From positions 1,312,001 to 1,376,000 of the forward strand of contig OZ244653.1 in assembly GCA_965218795.1 (NCBI GenBank): a stretch of DNA of 64,000 nucleotides. Reading direction: 5' to 3'. Under the pieces are notes generated by a model. The model was not told where the DNA came from. It saw only the letters and a program-made list of their open reading frames with translations, and did not search any database. Of this stretch, positions 20,546-30,059 are shown one piece after another. Made by a program: the position numbers and the translations under genes. Each line of letters starts with the position of its first letter. Position 1 is the first letter of the stretch. This stretch comes from a bacterium. GTDB taxonomy: Bacteria; UBA8248; JACPRG01; G963555815.

Positions 20546-23134
20546 ATTACGCTGTCTACCGACAATACGGACAAACGCCCAGTTCATCCCGATCGGGCTG
20601 AGCCGGGTTCGGGAGGAACTCCGCTGGAAGACCAGGAAAGAATCACGCCCGAAGATGATTCTTCCTCCACTCTCTTTTCCAACCCCTCTTCCGAGCGCAC
20701 GATCGATATTTCCGTCACGGGGATGTCCTGCGCCGGATGCGCCTCCCGCGTTGAAAGCGCACTGATCGAGGTTTCAGGCGTTCGGACGGCAAGCGTCAAC
20801 TTCGGTAATCACCGAGCGACCGTCCATGTGAGCGATAACCTGGTGTCCGTTCCAGGTCTGGTCGATGCCGTTGAGGGAACCGGTTACGGAGTCGCCACCG
20901 CGCAGGCTTCGATCGCAATTCAAGGGATGTCCTGCGCATCCTGCGTCTCGAAGGTGGAACAGTCAATTTCCGACGTTCCCGGCGTCATCTCCGTTGCCGT
21001 CAACCTGGGGACGAGCCGGGCCTCCGTCGCATTTCTTCCGGGCTTGACGACCGTCCGGGAAATCAGCTCGGCGATCCGGTCCGCCGGTTATTCAACGATC
21101 GAGGCCGAAGAAGAAGAACTGGTCGATCGGGAAGAAGAAGCCAGACGGCGCGAAGTTCGGGACTTACAGCGCAAGCTCTCGCTATCGGTAGTCCTGTCCG
21201 CCCTTGTGATGATCGGGAGCATGGACGTTCTGACAGCCGTGGCTCCGGGCTGGCTTCGAAACCTTTACGTCCTGTGGCTCCTCGCGACGCCCATCCAGTT
21301 TGTCGCCGGCTGGCAGTTTTATCGGGGCGCCTGGGCGGCGGCGCGTCACCGCGCCTCCGACATGAATACGTTGATAGCCATTGGAACTTCCGCGGCCTAT
21401 TTCTATAGCGTCAGCGCGACGATCTTTCCGGAATTTTTCCGCAGGGGCGGAATCGAGCCCCGGGTCTACTTTGACACCGCGGCCGTCATCATCACGCTCA
21501 TTCTTCTGGGCCGTCTGATGGAAGCGCTCGCCAAGCGCCGGACTTCAGCGGCCATCAAGAAGCTGCTTGGGTTGCAGCCCAAGACCGCCCGGGTCGTGCG
21601 GGACGGCGTAGAGCAGGACATCCCGATCGACGAGGTTCGGGTCGGCGAACTGATTCAAGTCCGCCCGGGGGAACGCATCCCGGTGGACGGGGCGGTCTCG
21701 GACGGATGGTCGATCGTTGACGAATCAATGCTCACCGGCGAGAGCCTGCCCGTCGAGAAGCGGGTCGGGGATGAGGTGATCGGCGGGACGATCAACAAGA
21801 CGGGTGCCTTCACGTTTGAAGCCCGGAAAGTCGGGCGTGAAACGGCCTTGGCGCAGATCATCCAGCTCGTGGAAGCGGCTCAGGGAACCAAGGCGCCCAT
21901 CCAGCGGATGGCCGACCGGGTCGCGGCCGTTTTCGTCCCTGTCGTGATCGGCATCTCCCTTCTGACCTTTCTCGCCTGGGTTCTGTTCGGGCCGTCGCCC
22001 GCGCTGAATTCGGCGATCCTGAACTTTGTAGCGGTTCTCATCATCGCCTGCCCTTGCGCCCTGGGTCTTGCAACGCCTACGGCCATCATGGTCGGGACCG
22101 GACGCGGGTCGGAAAACGGCATCCTGCTCAAGGGCGGAGAGAGCCTGGAAATCGCCTCGCGGATTCAGACGGTCGTTTTCGACAAGACCGGAACCTTGAC
22201 CCACGGGAAACCGGAGGTGACCGATCTCGTCACGGTGAACGGATATTCGGCGGAGGAGGTCCTGCATCTTGCCGCATCCGCTGAGAAGCACTCGGAACAT
22301 CCCCTGGCAGAGGCCATCCTGGACAAGGCGAAGGAACGAAACATTCTTTTGTCGGATGCCCGGAATTTCATGGCCATTCCCGGCAATGGGGTTCAGGCCA
22401 CCGTCGAGGGAAGGGAGATCCTTCTCGGAAGCATCCGGGCGATGGATACAGCCGGCGTGGAGGTGGCCGCGTTTCAGAACTCCATCGAGCTCCAGACCGA
22501 GATGGGCCGGACCCCGATGTTCATGGCCGTGGACGGCGTCCTCGCCGCCATGATGACCATGGCGGACGCCTTGAAGGACAGTGCGGGATCGGCGGTGAAA
22601 AGGCTCCGGGAAATGGGCATTGAAGTCCTGATGATCACCGGCGACCACTCGCGCTCGGCCCGGGTCGTTGCACAAGAGGCGGGGATCGATCAGGTCCTGG
22701 CGGAAGTGCTGCCGGAAGACAAGGCCCGGGAAGTCGCGAAACTTCAATCCGCCGGAAAAGTCGTAGCCATGGTGGGTGACGGAATCAACGATGCGCCGGC
22801 CCTGGCCCAGGCCGATATCGGAATGGCCCTCGGCACGGGAACGGACGTGGCGATCGAGGCGTCCGATGTGACGCTGATCACCGGTGATCCCATGGGCGTC
22901 GTCAATGCCATCCGGCTGAGCCGCCGGACGATGAGGACCATCAAGCAGAATCTATTCTGGGCGTTCGCCTACAACAGCGCGGGCATTCCGATTGCCGCCG
23001 GCGTGCTGTACCCTTTCTTCGGCATCTTGATGAACCCCATCGTCGCTTCCGTGGCAATGGCGTTCAGCTCCGTTTCCGTCCTCCTGAACAGCCTGCGCCT
23101 CCGCCGCTTCCGCCCTCTGTCCGACAGGACGTAG
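20546..23134 (+). CDS. copA: Cu(I)-translocating P1B-type ATPase; start uncertain (possible ATT at 20546, first ATG at 20723)
   Basis: Two GMxCxxC HMA domains, TGES, CPC, DKTGT, SEHPL, GDGIND, YN and MAFSS motifs. Confidence 0.93.
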   Translation: MTLSTDNTDKRPVHPDRAEPGSGGTPLEDQERITPEDDSSSTLFSNPSSERTIDISVTGMSCAGCASRVESALIEVSGVRTASVNFGNHRATVHVSDNLVSVPGLVDAVEGTGYGVATAQASIAIQGMSCASCVSKVEQSISDVPGVISVAVNLGTSRASVAFLPGLTTVREISSAIRSAGYSTIEAEEEELVDREEEARRREVRDLQRKLSLSVVLSALVMIGSMDVLTAVAPGWLRNLYVLWLLATPIQFVAGWQFYRGAWAAARHRASDMNTLIAIGTSAAYFYSVSATIFPEFFRRGGIEPRVYFDTAAVIITLILLGRLMEALAKRRTSAAIKKLLGLQPKTARVVRDGVEQDIPIDEVRVGELIQVRPGERIPVDGAVSDGWSIVDESMLTGESLPVEKRVGDEVIGGTINKTGAFTFEARKVGRETALAQIIQLVEAAQGTKAPIQRMADRVAAVFVPVVIGISLLTFLAWVLFGPSPALNSAILNFVAVLIIACPCALGLATPTAIMVGTGRGSENGILLKGGESLEIASRIQTVVFDKTGTLTHGKPEVTDLVTVNGYSAEEVLHLAASAEKHSEHPLAEAILDKAKERNILLSDARNFMAIPGNGVQATVEGREILLGSIRAMDTAGVEVAAFQNSIELQTEMGRTPMFMAVDGVLAAMMTMADALKDSAGSAVKRLREMGIEVLMITGDHSRSARVVAQEAGIDQVLAEVLPEDKAREVAKLQSAGKVVAMVGDGINDAPALAQADIGMALGTGTDVAIEASDVTLITGDPMGVVNAIRLSRRTMRTIKQNLFWAFAYNSAGIPIAAGVLYPFFGILMNPIVASVAMAFSSVSVLLNSLRLRRFRPLSDRT

Positions 23135-23148
23135 GCGGCCCGGTTCCT

Positions 23149-23499
23149 TTACGCGACCGTACGCTTCTCCCCGCCCGTCAGCGCTCCCTCCAGCGCGGCG
23201 GAAAGCCTTCCCGACGGGGCCGATCCCGCATGGTGGTAGACCGTCTCCCCGTCCCGGAAGATCAGAAGCATCGGGATGCTCCGGATCTCATAACGGACGG
23301 TCAGATCCACCTCTTTGTCGACATCCACCTTCACCACCCGGTATCGCCCGTCCGCCTGCCCGGCCAGTTTCTCCAATACGGGAGCCATCGCCCGGCAGGG
23401 CCCGCACCAGTCCGCGTAAAAGTCCACGAGAACCGGAACCTCCGCGTTCAGAACTTCCCGTTCGAATTCATCCGCTCGAATGGTTCGAATACCCGTCAT
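23149..23499 (-). CDS. trxA: Thioredoxin
   Basis: DFYADWCGPC. Confidence 0.93.
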   Translation of the reverse strand: MTGIRTIRADEFEREVLNAEVPVLVDFYADWCGPCRAMAPVLEKLAGQADGRYRVVKVDVDKEVDLTVRYEIRSIPMLLIFRDGETVYHHAGSAPSGRLSAALEGALTGGEKRTVA

Positions 23500-23804
23500 G
23501 GCGTCCTCTCCTCAATTGATTCCCGTCGGCGCAGATATTCCGCGGATTCCCTCAGGCGGTTGGAGGCGCCGTTCGTTCATTGAAGTCTTCCCGCGGCCAT
23601 TCGGCCGCCACAATCGATTAGACGCCCAAAACACGAAAACGATTCCGGAAACAGGTCCGACGCCCCTCGACAGGCGATGTGGAAACGGATTCCGAAGTAT
23701 CGCGGCGCGGAGGATTCCCGGTTCGGCGTTCTTCCCTTCAGGCCCAATCTGATAGGATGAACCCTCTTAGGGGCCGACTCGAAGGCGGAAACGGGCTGTT
23801 GAGC

Positions 23805-25160
23805 ATGACCATTGACTTGCGAAGCTTCCTCGAAGAAGCGGAACGCCGGGCGGACGGCGATTTCATCCGGGTGAAGCGGGAGATCTCCCGTGATTACGAG
23901 CTGGCCGGCGTAGTCGCCAAACTCGAGGCCGAGCGCCGCGTCCCCATTCTGATGTTCGAAAACGTTCAGGGAGCGGACTTTCCCGCGGTTGTCAACGTTT
24001 TGGGCTCGCGGTCGCGTATCGCGTCCAGTCTCGGAATCACGTCCAAGGAGCTTCTTCCCCGATTCCATGCAGCGGTCGATTCCCCCATTCCCCCCAAGGA
24101 GGTCGAGAACGCGCCGGTGCAGGAGAAAGTCATCGAAGGGGGAGACGTCGATCTGGGCCGCCTGCCGCTCATGCGCTATCACGACACCGACGCCGCCCCG
24201 TACCTGACGGCCGGAATCGTCATCGCCAAAGATCCCGAACGCGGGGAGTACAACCTGAGCTTCAACCGGTTGATGCTCAAGGACCGCAACCGTCTCGGGA
24301 TCTTCATGACCGTGGGAAAGCATCTGCACGAGATGTACAGCCGGATGGAGGAACAGGGCAAACCGCTGCCGATTGCCGTGTCCATCGGAAATCATCCGGC
24401 CTGGGCGGTGGGGACCTGCTACATCGGACCCTATCAGGTCGATGAACTGGGCGTCATCGGCGGGCTGATGGGAAGCCCGCTGGAGATGGTCCGCGCCCGG
24501 ACGGCGGACCTTCTCGTCCCGGCACGCGCCGAGATCGTCCTGGAAGGTGAAATCGAGCCGTTCACCCGTGAAATCGAGGGGTCCTTCGCCGAGTTCCACG
24601 GCTACGCCACGGAACCGAGGGAGCGGCAGGTCGTGCGCGTCAAGGCCGTGACTCACCGGGAGGGCGCAATTTATCAGGACCTGGTGGGGGGCGCCCACAG
24701 GGAGCATCTGGTCCTGCCCACAATCCCCATGGAAGCCAACGTGGACCGGGCGGTCCGGGCGGCGGTCCCTTCAATGGCCGCCCTACGGATCGCGGCGCCT
24801 TTCGTCCTGGCGGTTTCCATCAAAAAGCGGTTTCCCGGCCAGCCCAAGACCGCGGCCCTGGCCGCCTTCGCGGCCGAGATGTATCTGAAGCAGGTCATCG
24901 TCGTGGACGAAGATATCGACGTGAGCGATCTGTCCCGGGTCGTCTGGGCCATGGCAACGCGGTGCCAGTGGAGCCGCGACACGTTCGTTATCCCCGACGC
25001 GCCGGGCTCGTCGCTGGATCCGTCCGCCCTGACCGAGGGACTGGTCGACAAGGTGGGGATTGACGCCACGGCAAAGCCGACGCTCGAAAGCTTCGCGCCC
25101 CGCGGGCAGATCCCTTCGGACGTATTATCCCGCCTGAATCTGGACGATTACCTGTCCTGA
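23805..25160 (+). CDS. UbiD-family prFMN-dependent decarboxylase
   Basis: DLRSFL, VPARAEIVLEG, EGSFAEFHGY, VVDEDID, SLDPS, GIDAT. Confidence 0.92.
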   Translation: MTIDLRSFLEEAERRADGDFIRVKREISRDYELAGVVAKLEAERRVPILMFENVQGADFPAVVNVLGSRSRIASSLGITSKELLPRFHAAVDSPIPPKEVENAPVQEKVIEGGDVDLGRLPLMRYHDTDAAPYLTAGIVIAKDPERGEYNLSFNRLMLKDRNRLGIFMTVGKHLHEMYSRMEEQGKPLPIAVSIGNHPAWAVGTCYIGPYQVDELGVIGGLMGSPLEMVRARTADLLVPARAEIVLEGEIEPFTREIEGSFAEFHGYATEPRERQVVRVKAVTHREGAIYQDLVGGAHREHLVLPTIPMEANVDRAVRAAVPSMAALRIAAPFVLAVSIKKRFPGQPKTAALAAFAAEMYLKQVIVVDEDIDVSDLSRVVWAMATRCQWSRDTFVIPDAPGSSLDPSALTEGLVDKVGIDATAKPTLESFAPRGQIPSDVLSRLNLDDYLS

Positions 25161-25173
25161 CCTCGCGGTGATG
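25092..25173 (+). repeat. Direct repeat copy 1 (3' end of ubiD)
   Basis: 77/82 nt identical to 26261-26342 by manual alignment. Confidence 0.95.
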
Positions 25174-25332
25174 CCCAAAATCCATAGGGAAAGAAAATCG
25201 TGTCCCCAGAATCCCCTATAATGACGTTCAGAAGCTGCGCGACGGGTTGGAAACCCGCCTGCTTCAAAAGTCGGCGAAGCGTAGTGGGCAGTAGCCTGTC
25301 AAGGGAACCGGACAGACGGGTAGGGCTATGGC

Positions 25333-25458
25333 ATGGGAAGGAAAACCATTATCGCAATGACTGGATCACTGTTGATGGCCGCTGCCCTGGTGGGCTGCGC
25401 CAACTTGCAAACTGTTGGAAGAACCGCGCCGGCCTGCGGCCCGCCTGCAGGTCGGTGA
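25333..25458 (+). CDS. Small or truncated lipoprotein (41 aa)
   Basis: MGRKTIIAMTGSLLMAAALVGC is a lipoprotein signal with an LVGC lipobox. Confidence 0.5.
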   Translation: MGRKTIIAMTGSLLMAAALVGCANLQTVGRTAPACGPPAGR

Positions 25459-25589
25459 TGGACGCGAGCGGGTTTCTGTCGATACTCGATTGCCACGACA
25501 CACGGGACGCCGCGTTGGCGGCACTGTCCTGAACCTTCTCGAAACCGCTGGCCGCGGCCAGCCTTGCTCATGACCACGGAGCCTGTCCC

Positions 25590-26243
25590 ATGCTGACGTT
25601 CGCCGAAGAAATCCTGGTGCTTCTGCTGCACGATGAAAACGGCGCGTTCCTGCCCGTCAAGGGATACGCCATGAACCACGCCCTGGCCGGCTCGGTTCTG
25701 ATGGATCTGGCGTTCGCCAACCGGATCGACACCGATCCCGAGCAGTTGATGGTCATCGACCGCGCGCCCACGGGCAACCCCATGCTCGATCGCGTTCTGG
25801 ATCGGGTCGCGGACTGCGCGGAGACGAGGAACACCAAGGCATGGCTCGCGACGTTCTCCGCCGCGGCCGAGGCCGCGACCATCCGGGAGCTCGCGTTAGC
25901 CAGCCTGGTGGAGCGCGGCATCCTGGAGCGCCGGGAGGAGAAGTTCCTGTGGGTGTTCCGAACCCGGCGCTATCCGATGATCGACGGGAAGGTCGAACGC
26001 GAGGCCAAGAGGCGCATCGCGGGCGTACTGTTCTCCGACGAGATTCCCGACCCCAGGGACGTCGCCCTGATCTGTCTGGCCGAGGCGTGCGACATCCTGA
26101 ACGCCGTGTTCGGGAAAAAGGAAATGAAGCGCAGCAGGCCCCGCATCGTTCAACTGCTCAAGATGGATCTGATCGGACGCGAAATGGCCGGCGCGATCGC
26201 CGACATCCACCACACGATCCTGTCCGCCAGCGCGTTGCAGTAG
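25590..26243 (+). CDS. GPP34 (GOLPH3/Vps74-like) family protein
   Basis: MLTFAEEILVLLLHD, LAGSVLMDLA, LVERGIL..EEKFLWVF.TRRYP. Confidence 0.85.
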   Translation: MLTFAEEILVLLLHDENGAFLPVKGYAMNHALAGSVLMDLAFANRIDTDPEQLMVIDRAPTGNPMLDRVLDRVADCAETRNTKAWLATFSAAAEAATIRELALASLVERGILERREEKFLWVFRTRRYPMIDGKVEREAKRRIAGVLFSDEIPDPRDVALICLAEACDILNAVFGKKEMKRSRPRIVQLLKMDLIGREMAGAIADIHHTILSASALQ

Positions 26244-26260
26244 TGAGGCCGGCCGCGGGT

Positions 26261-26342
26261 TTCGCGCCCCGCGGGCAGATCCCTTCGGACGTATTATCCC
26301 GCCTGAACTTGGACGATTACCTGTCCTAGCCTCACGGTGATG
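26261..26342 (+). repeat. Direct repeat copy 2 (displaced ubiD 3' end)
   Basis: Encodes the identical FAPRGQIPSDVLSRLNLDDYLS* peptide. Confidence 0.95.
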
Positions 26343-26996
26343 GCCGGAATCCATCAGGAAGGGTCATTCACGGGGACCGGCCATCGGAAGGAGCCACCCG
26401 TTCCCCTCGATCCCGGCCTGCGCGGACGCTCTGGATCCCTGCTGCAGCCTGTCCTCGAACGTCTTCATCGGGGGCGGGAATCCAGGCAAGCCGAATCAAT
26501 ACTCATCAGAAAAAGGCCATGCACGCCTCTTGCAACGCCTTTGCACGGCCGTTTCCAGACCTTTTCATGATGCGTTTTCAGGGGGGATTCGGGCCGGCCC
26601 GCCACTTGTAATTCCACCCTGTCTGCGTGCGACGCACAGGCAGGTCGAAGCGGGAATGACCGAGAGCCTGCTCCTGCATGGTTTCGGCAGGGGGCGCCGG
26701 AATCCGACAAATCATTTATGAAGGAGGGTGTTCCGAGACTCGTCATTAGCCTTGTTTCCATGCTATTCTGCACATCTTAAGGAGGACGTCACGGGTAGAA
26801 CCATGTCGCAGTTTGCAGGCGAAAAGCATCGCCAAATTAGCGGCGCTTGCACGGTCTGGCTCTCCGGGTCACCTATCTTTTGTATTGCCCTCTTGCTTAG
26901 ACCAAGCTCGTGGTAGCCCTTCGGGCTTCGCCAGTTTCGAAATCGGCCGATGTTATGTGCTACAGTACCGTTCTACAGCACTCCGAGGACTAAGCC

Positions 26997-28001
26997 GTGG
27001 ACCGTGTTGAATACGAATCCTTAATTATCCAAGACTTGATCGGTTACCATGAGCGTGGTGAACTCAATATCGCTCCCTGGTATCAACGTAGATCCGTTTG
27101 GTCGCAACCACAAAAGGCATATCTAATTAACACCATACATGAAAACAAGCCTGTACCATCAATCTACATTCGCCATGCCGTAGACTTTCAAACGGAGAAA
27201 AGCATAAAGGAAATTGTTGACGGCCAACAACGTGTCCGCTGTGTAATAGAGTACAAAGGTAATAAATTTCCAGCGAGACACTCCAAACATGAAAACCCTG
27301 TCTATTATTCGGATCTCTCACGGAATGAACGAGTTCATTTCCTTCAGTCGACCTTATCGGTGGGCTACCTTGTTGGTGCAACAGACCCTGATGTGATCGA
27401 AATATTTGCACGGATAAACACAGTTTCAAAAACCTTGAATCCACAAGAAAAGAGGAACGCAAACTATAGTGGCGCATTTAAGCAATTCTGTCTCTCTGAG
27501 GCAGTAGAGCGACTGCCATTCTGGCGTGAAAATGGGATATTCACCGACAACCAGATCTCCAGAATGCTTGAAGTGCAGTTTGTTTCAGATTTGATAATAA
27601 ATCTTTTAGAAGGCCTACAGGATTTTTCTTCGAAAAAGATCAATGATTACTATGGAGAACACGAGAATAACTTTCCAAAGTCTTTAGAAACAAAGAAGAA
27701 GCTTGATCGTATATACACGACTTTACTTAACATGCCGGAGGGTCTCATAAAAGGCACCATATTCTCAACACCGCAACTTCTTTTTAGCCTGATCCTTGTG
27801 CTTGATTCAAAAACGCGCTTAAAACCGATAGTGATTTGCGAAGGTATCAACGATCTGGACGCCAGAGTCGAAGCAGTACGGTCTGGTGAAAATTCTCAGG
27901 CGCTTAAGACGGATATCTATGACGCCTTCACCTCTGGAAACTTACATCGAATTCGATCTCGTAAGCTAAGGGATAGAGAGATAAAAGCCTTCCTTAGTTG
28001 A
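26997..28001 (+). CDS. DUF262 (GmrSD/ParB-Srx-like) domain protein
   Basis: PWYQRRSVW, IVDGQQR, IFARIN..LNPQEKRNA; visibly AT-rich. Confidence 0.88.
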   Translation: MDRVEYESLIIQDLIGYHERGELNIAPWYQRRSVWSQPQKAYLINTIHENKPVPSIYIRHAVDFQTEKSIKEIVDGQQRVRCVIEYKGNKFPARHSKHENPVYYSDLSRNERVHFLQSTLSVGYLVGATDPDVIEIFARINTVSKTLNPQEKRNANYSGAFKQFCLSEAVERLPFWRENGIFTDNQISRMLEVQFVSDLIINLLEGLQDFSSKKINDYYGEHENNFPKSLETKKKLDRIYTTLLNMPEGLIKGTIFSTPQLLFSLILVLDSKTRLKPIVICEGINDLDARVEAVRSGENSQALKTDIYDAFTSGNLHRIRSRKLRDREIKAFLS

Positions 28002-28004
28002 ACA

Positions 28005-28619
28005 ATGCCGAAACCCAACCTTTCAGTCGACTGGAGTAGGTTTCAGGATAAGAGTGCTCGGTTGAAAGCACTTGTTTCCTCATTGAAACCCCTCTCCTTG
28101 AATCATCGTAAGCTCGTTGCAGAGATTGTGATGATTCGTCTTTTTCTTCTTTGTGAAAACACTGTTGCGTCTATTTGTACGAAGCTGCTTTGCGGCGCTG
28201 ACTATATTGACGGCAGTTCTCCCAAGAGAATCGTTTCTGCTTCCTCGAAGTCTAATGCGGAGACATTGATGAAAAAATATAAGAGGAAAAGGCCGAAACT
28301 GCACCTGTCTTGGACACGATCCAAAGAAATCAGAGACAACCTGAAAAACACTCTGCAGTCAGCCGACCCGCTCTTCCTAGTTGTAAGGAATCATGGTTCT
28401 ATACTAACGGAAATGAGATATGTCCGAAATCACATTGCACATAATAGCAAATCATCCCGGTCGGACTTCAGGAAAGTCGTACGCAGTTATTATGGTGGAT
28501 TGAAACAAGGTGTCACTCCAGGTCTTCTTCTGCTAACCGACGCGCTAGCGTCTCCGCCACTTGTGGAAAAATACCTCGTTTTCTATCGGCTTCTTATCAA
28601 AGAATTAGTACGCGCGTAG
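28005..28619 (+). CDS. Putative HEPN-domain RNase
   Basis: Rx4H motif RNHIAH; helical-looking and basic; starts 3 nt after the DUF262 gene. Confidence 0.7.
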   Translation: MPKPNLSVDWSRFQDKSARLKALVSSLKPLSLNHRKLVAEIVMIRLFLLCENTVASICTKLLCGADYIDGSSPKRIVSASSKSNAETLMKKYKRKRPKLHLSWTRSKEIRDNLKNTLQSADPLFLVVRNHGSILTEMRYVRNHIAHNSKSSRSDFRKVVRSYYGGLKQGVTPGLLLLTDALASPPLVEKYLVFYRLLIKELVRA

Positions 28620-28656
28620 GCACACAAACGTCAAACCGGAAATTGAGGTCTCTATC

Positions 28657-28940
28657 TGTACAGATAGGGTATTCCCCTGACAGCCGCCGCTCCTGTATGG
28701 GTTCAGTTTAGGCGGCTTTTTTCATTTTTTCCTCCTTTGGCGTTTTCGGTTTTGGCAGACAGCGGATGAAGACGAGGCAGGTGTCCTTCCCTTCATGCTG
28801 TGACCCTGATAGGGCCTTTTGGTGGTGCAGGTGATCAGATAGGCGTCAAGGTCGTTCTGCATGGCTTCGATGCTGTCGTAGAACTTCTTTCTTCCAATGA
28901 CGCGGAAGTGCTCGTCAAGCAACGTTCTGTGCAGCCGCCC
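28657..28940 (-). mobile_element. IS481-family remnant (transposase C-terminus plus right end)
   Basis: LDEHFRV.GRKKFY..IEAMQ.DLDAYL...RPYQG..MKGRTP; end TGTCAGGGGAATACCCTATCTGTACA. Confidence 0.78.
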
Positions 28941-29065
28941 AAGACGTTTGCCGCAGGGGAATTCTGAAAAGACTTGAGGAGAATAGAGAGCCGGACTGGA
29001 ACGAGATGATATTGGGGGCCGAGGTCGACTAGACTGCCTATCGCGGGCGGACCAGCCAGAGCCGC

Positions 29066-30034
29066 TCAGGAAGATTCATCGAGCGAGCGGCGGAGGGTGG
29101 CGGTCAACTGTTGGCGGAAACCCTCATCGTCACCCCTCGACCAGGGAACGGTCGTGCAGTGGTTGGTGTCGAAGTGGGTCTTTTCCTTATCAAACTTTCC
29201 CTTTTCGCAGATGTAGATGACGGGCTTGCCCAGCCCCTCCGCGTAACCGGCCTCCCAATAAGCCCCTGAATTGTCGTGCGTTAGATCGGCGATGACGAAC
29301 TTTGCGTCCCTGATCCGGGTACGCATTATGTTGTCGATTAACCCTGCGCGTGCAACATCGCGCATATCGACAAGGTCATAGCCGACATCCTCCTTCACCG
29401 CCGGTTTCAGGACTTCCTTGACTAAGGCTTCAAGTCTGGGTTTGTTAAACTGCATGGCAATGAACCCATAATTTCCCGCGAATTTGCCACGCTTCTCGTC
29501 TTCGTACCGTTTCCATCCGTCGAGGGTGAGGTTGATTTGAGATGGATTGGCGCCATTCTTATTCCCAATCATGAGTTGTCCGCGTTTGTCCAACTCCTTT
29601 ACCAGTTGAACACTCATCAAACGGTGAGGTGCGCCGATGATCGCCTGGAAATCGACAGGGAGTCGATCAACCGCTCTACCTGTACGGGATACTTCATCGC
29701 CAATAAACCGTATGATGTTTGTGGCCTGTACGATGGGGCTGGGAAGGAGGTGAGCGCCCGCCAGAAAATGATCCAACCATTCAGTCGTTATCAAAACAGT
29801 TTCTCCATCTCGCGATTTTATGCGCAATCGGTGAGAGAGGGACGCCCGCTGAACCGGCGTCAAACATTCTTTCGCAGGATTAAGTTTGCCAGCAAAGGCT
29901 GTCCTACTGATCTCGTACCGTCCGCATACAACGCATTCGAATCCGAAGGAATCCTTGCCGTTCGTCGAAAGCTTTTGGCACTGACCGCCGCCATCAATAT
30001 TCCGGCAGACGGGGCATTTAACCATGTCATTCAT
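29066..30034 (-). CDS. Zn-ribbon plus nucleoside 2-deoxyribosyltransferase/TIR-like domain protein
   Basis: CPVC...CVVC at the N-terminus; FIAMQF, IADLT..NSGAYWEAGYA.GLGKPVIY, HFD. Confidence 0.75.
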   Translation of the reverse strand: MNDMVKCPVCRNIDGGGQCQKLSTNGKDSFGFECVVCGRYEISRTAFAGKLNPAKECLTPVQRASLSHRLRIKSRDGETVLITTEWLDHFLAGAHLLPSPIVQATNIIRFIGDEVSRTGRAVDRLPVDFQAIIGAPHRLMSVQLVKELDKRGQLMIGNKNGANPSQINLTLDGWKRYEDEKRGKFAGNYGFIAMQFNKPRLEALVKEVLKPAVKEDVGYDLVDMRDVARAGLIDNIMRTRIRDAKFVIADLTHDNSGAYWEAGYAEGLGKPVIYICEKGKFDKEKTHFDTNHCTTVPWSRGDDEGFRQQLTATLRRSLDESS

Positions 30035-30059
30035 GGTGTCTCCTTTCGTTCAGATCGGT

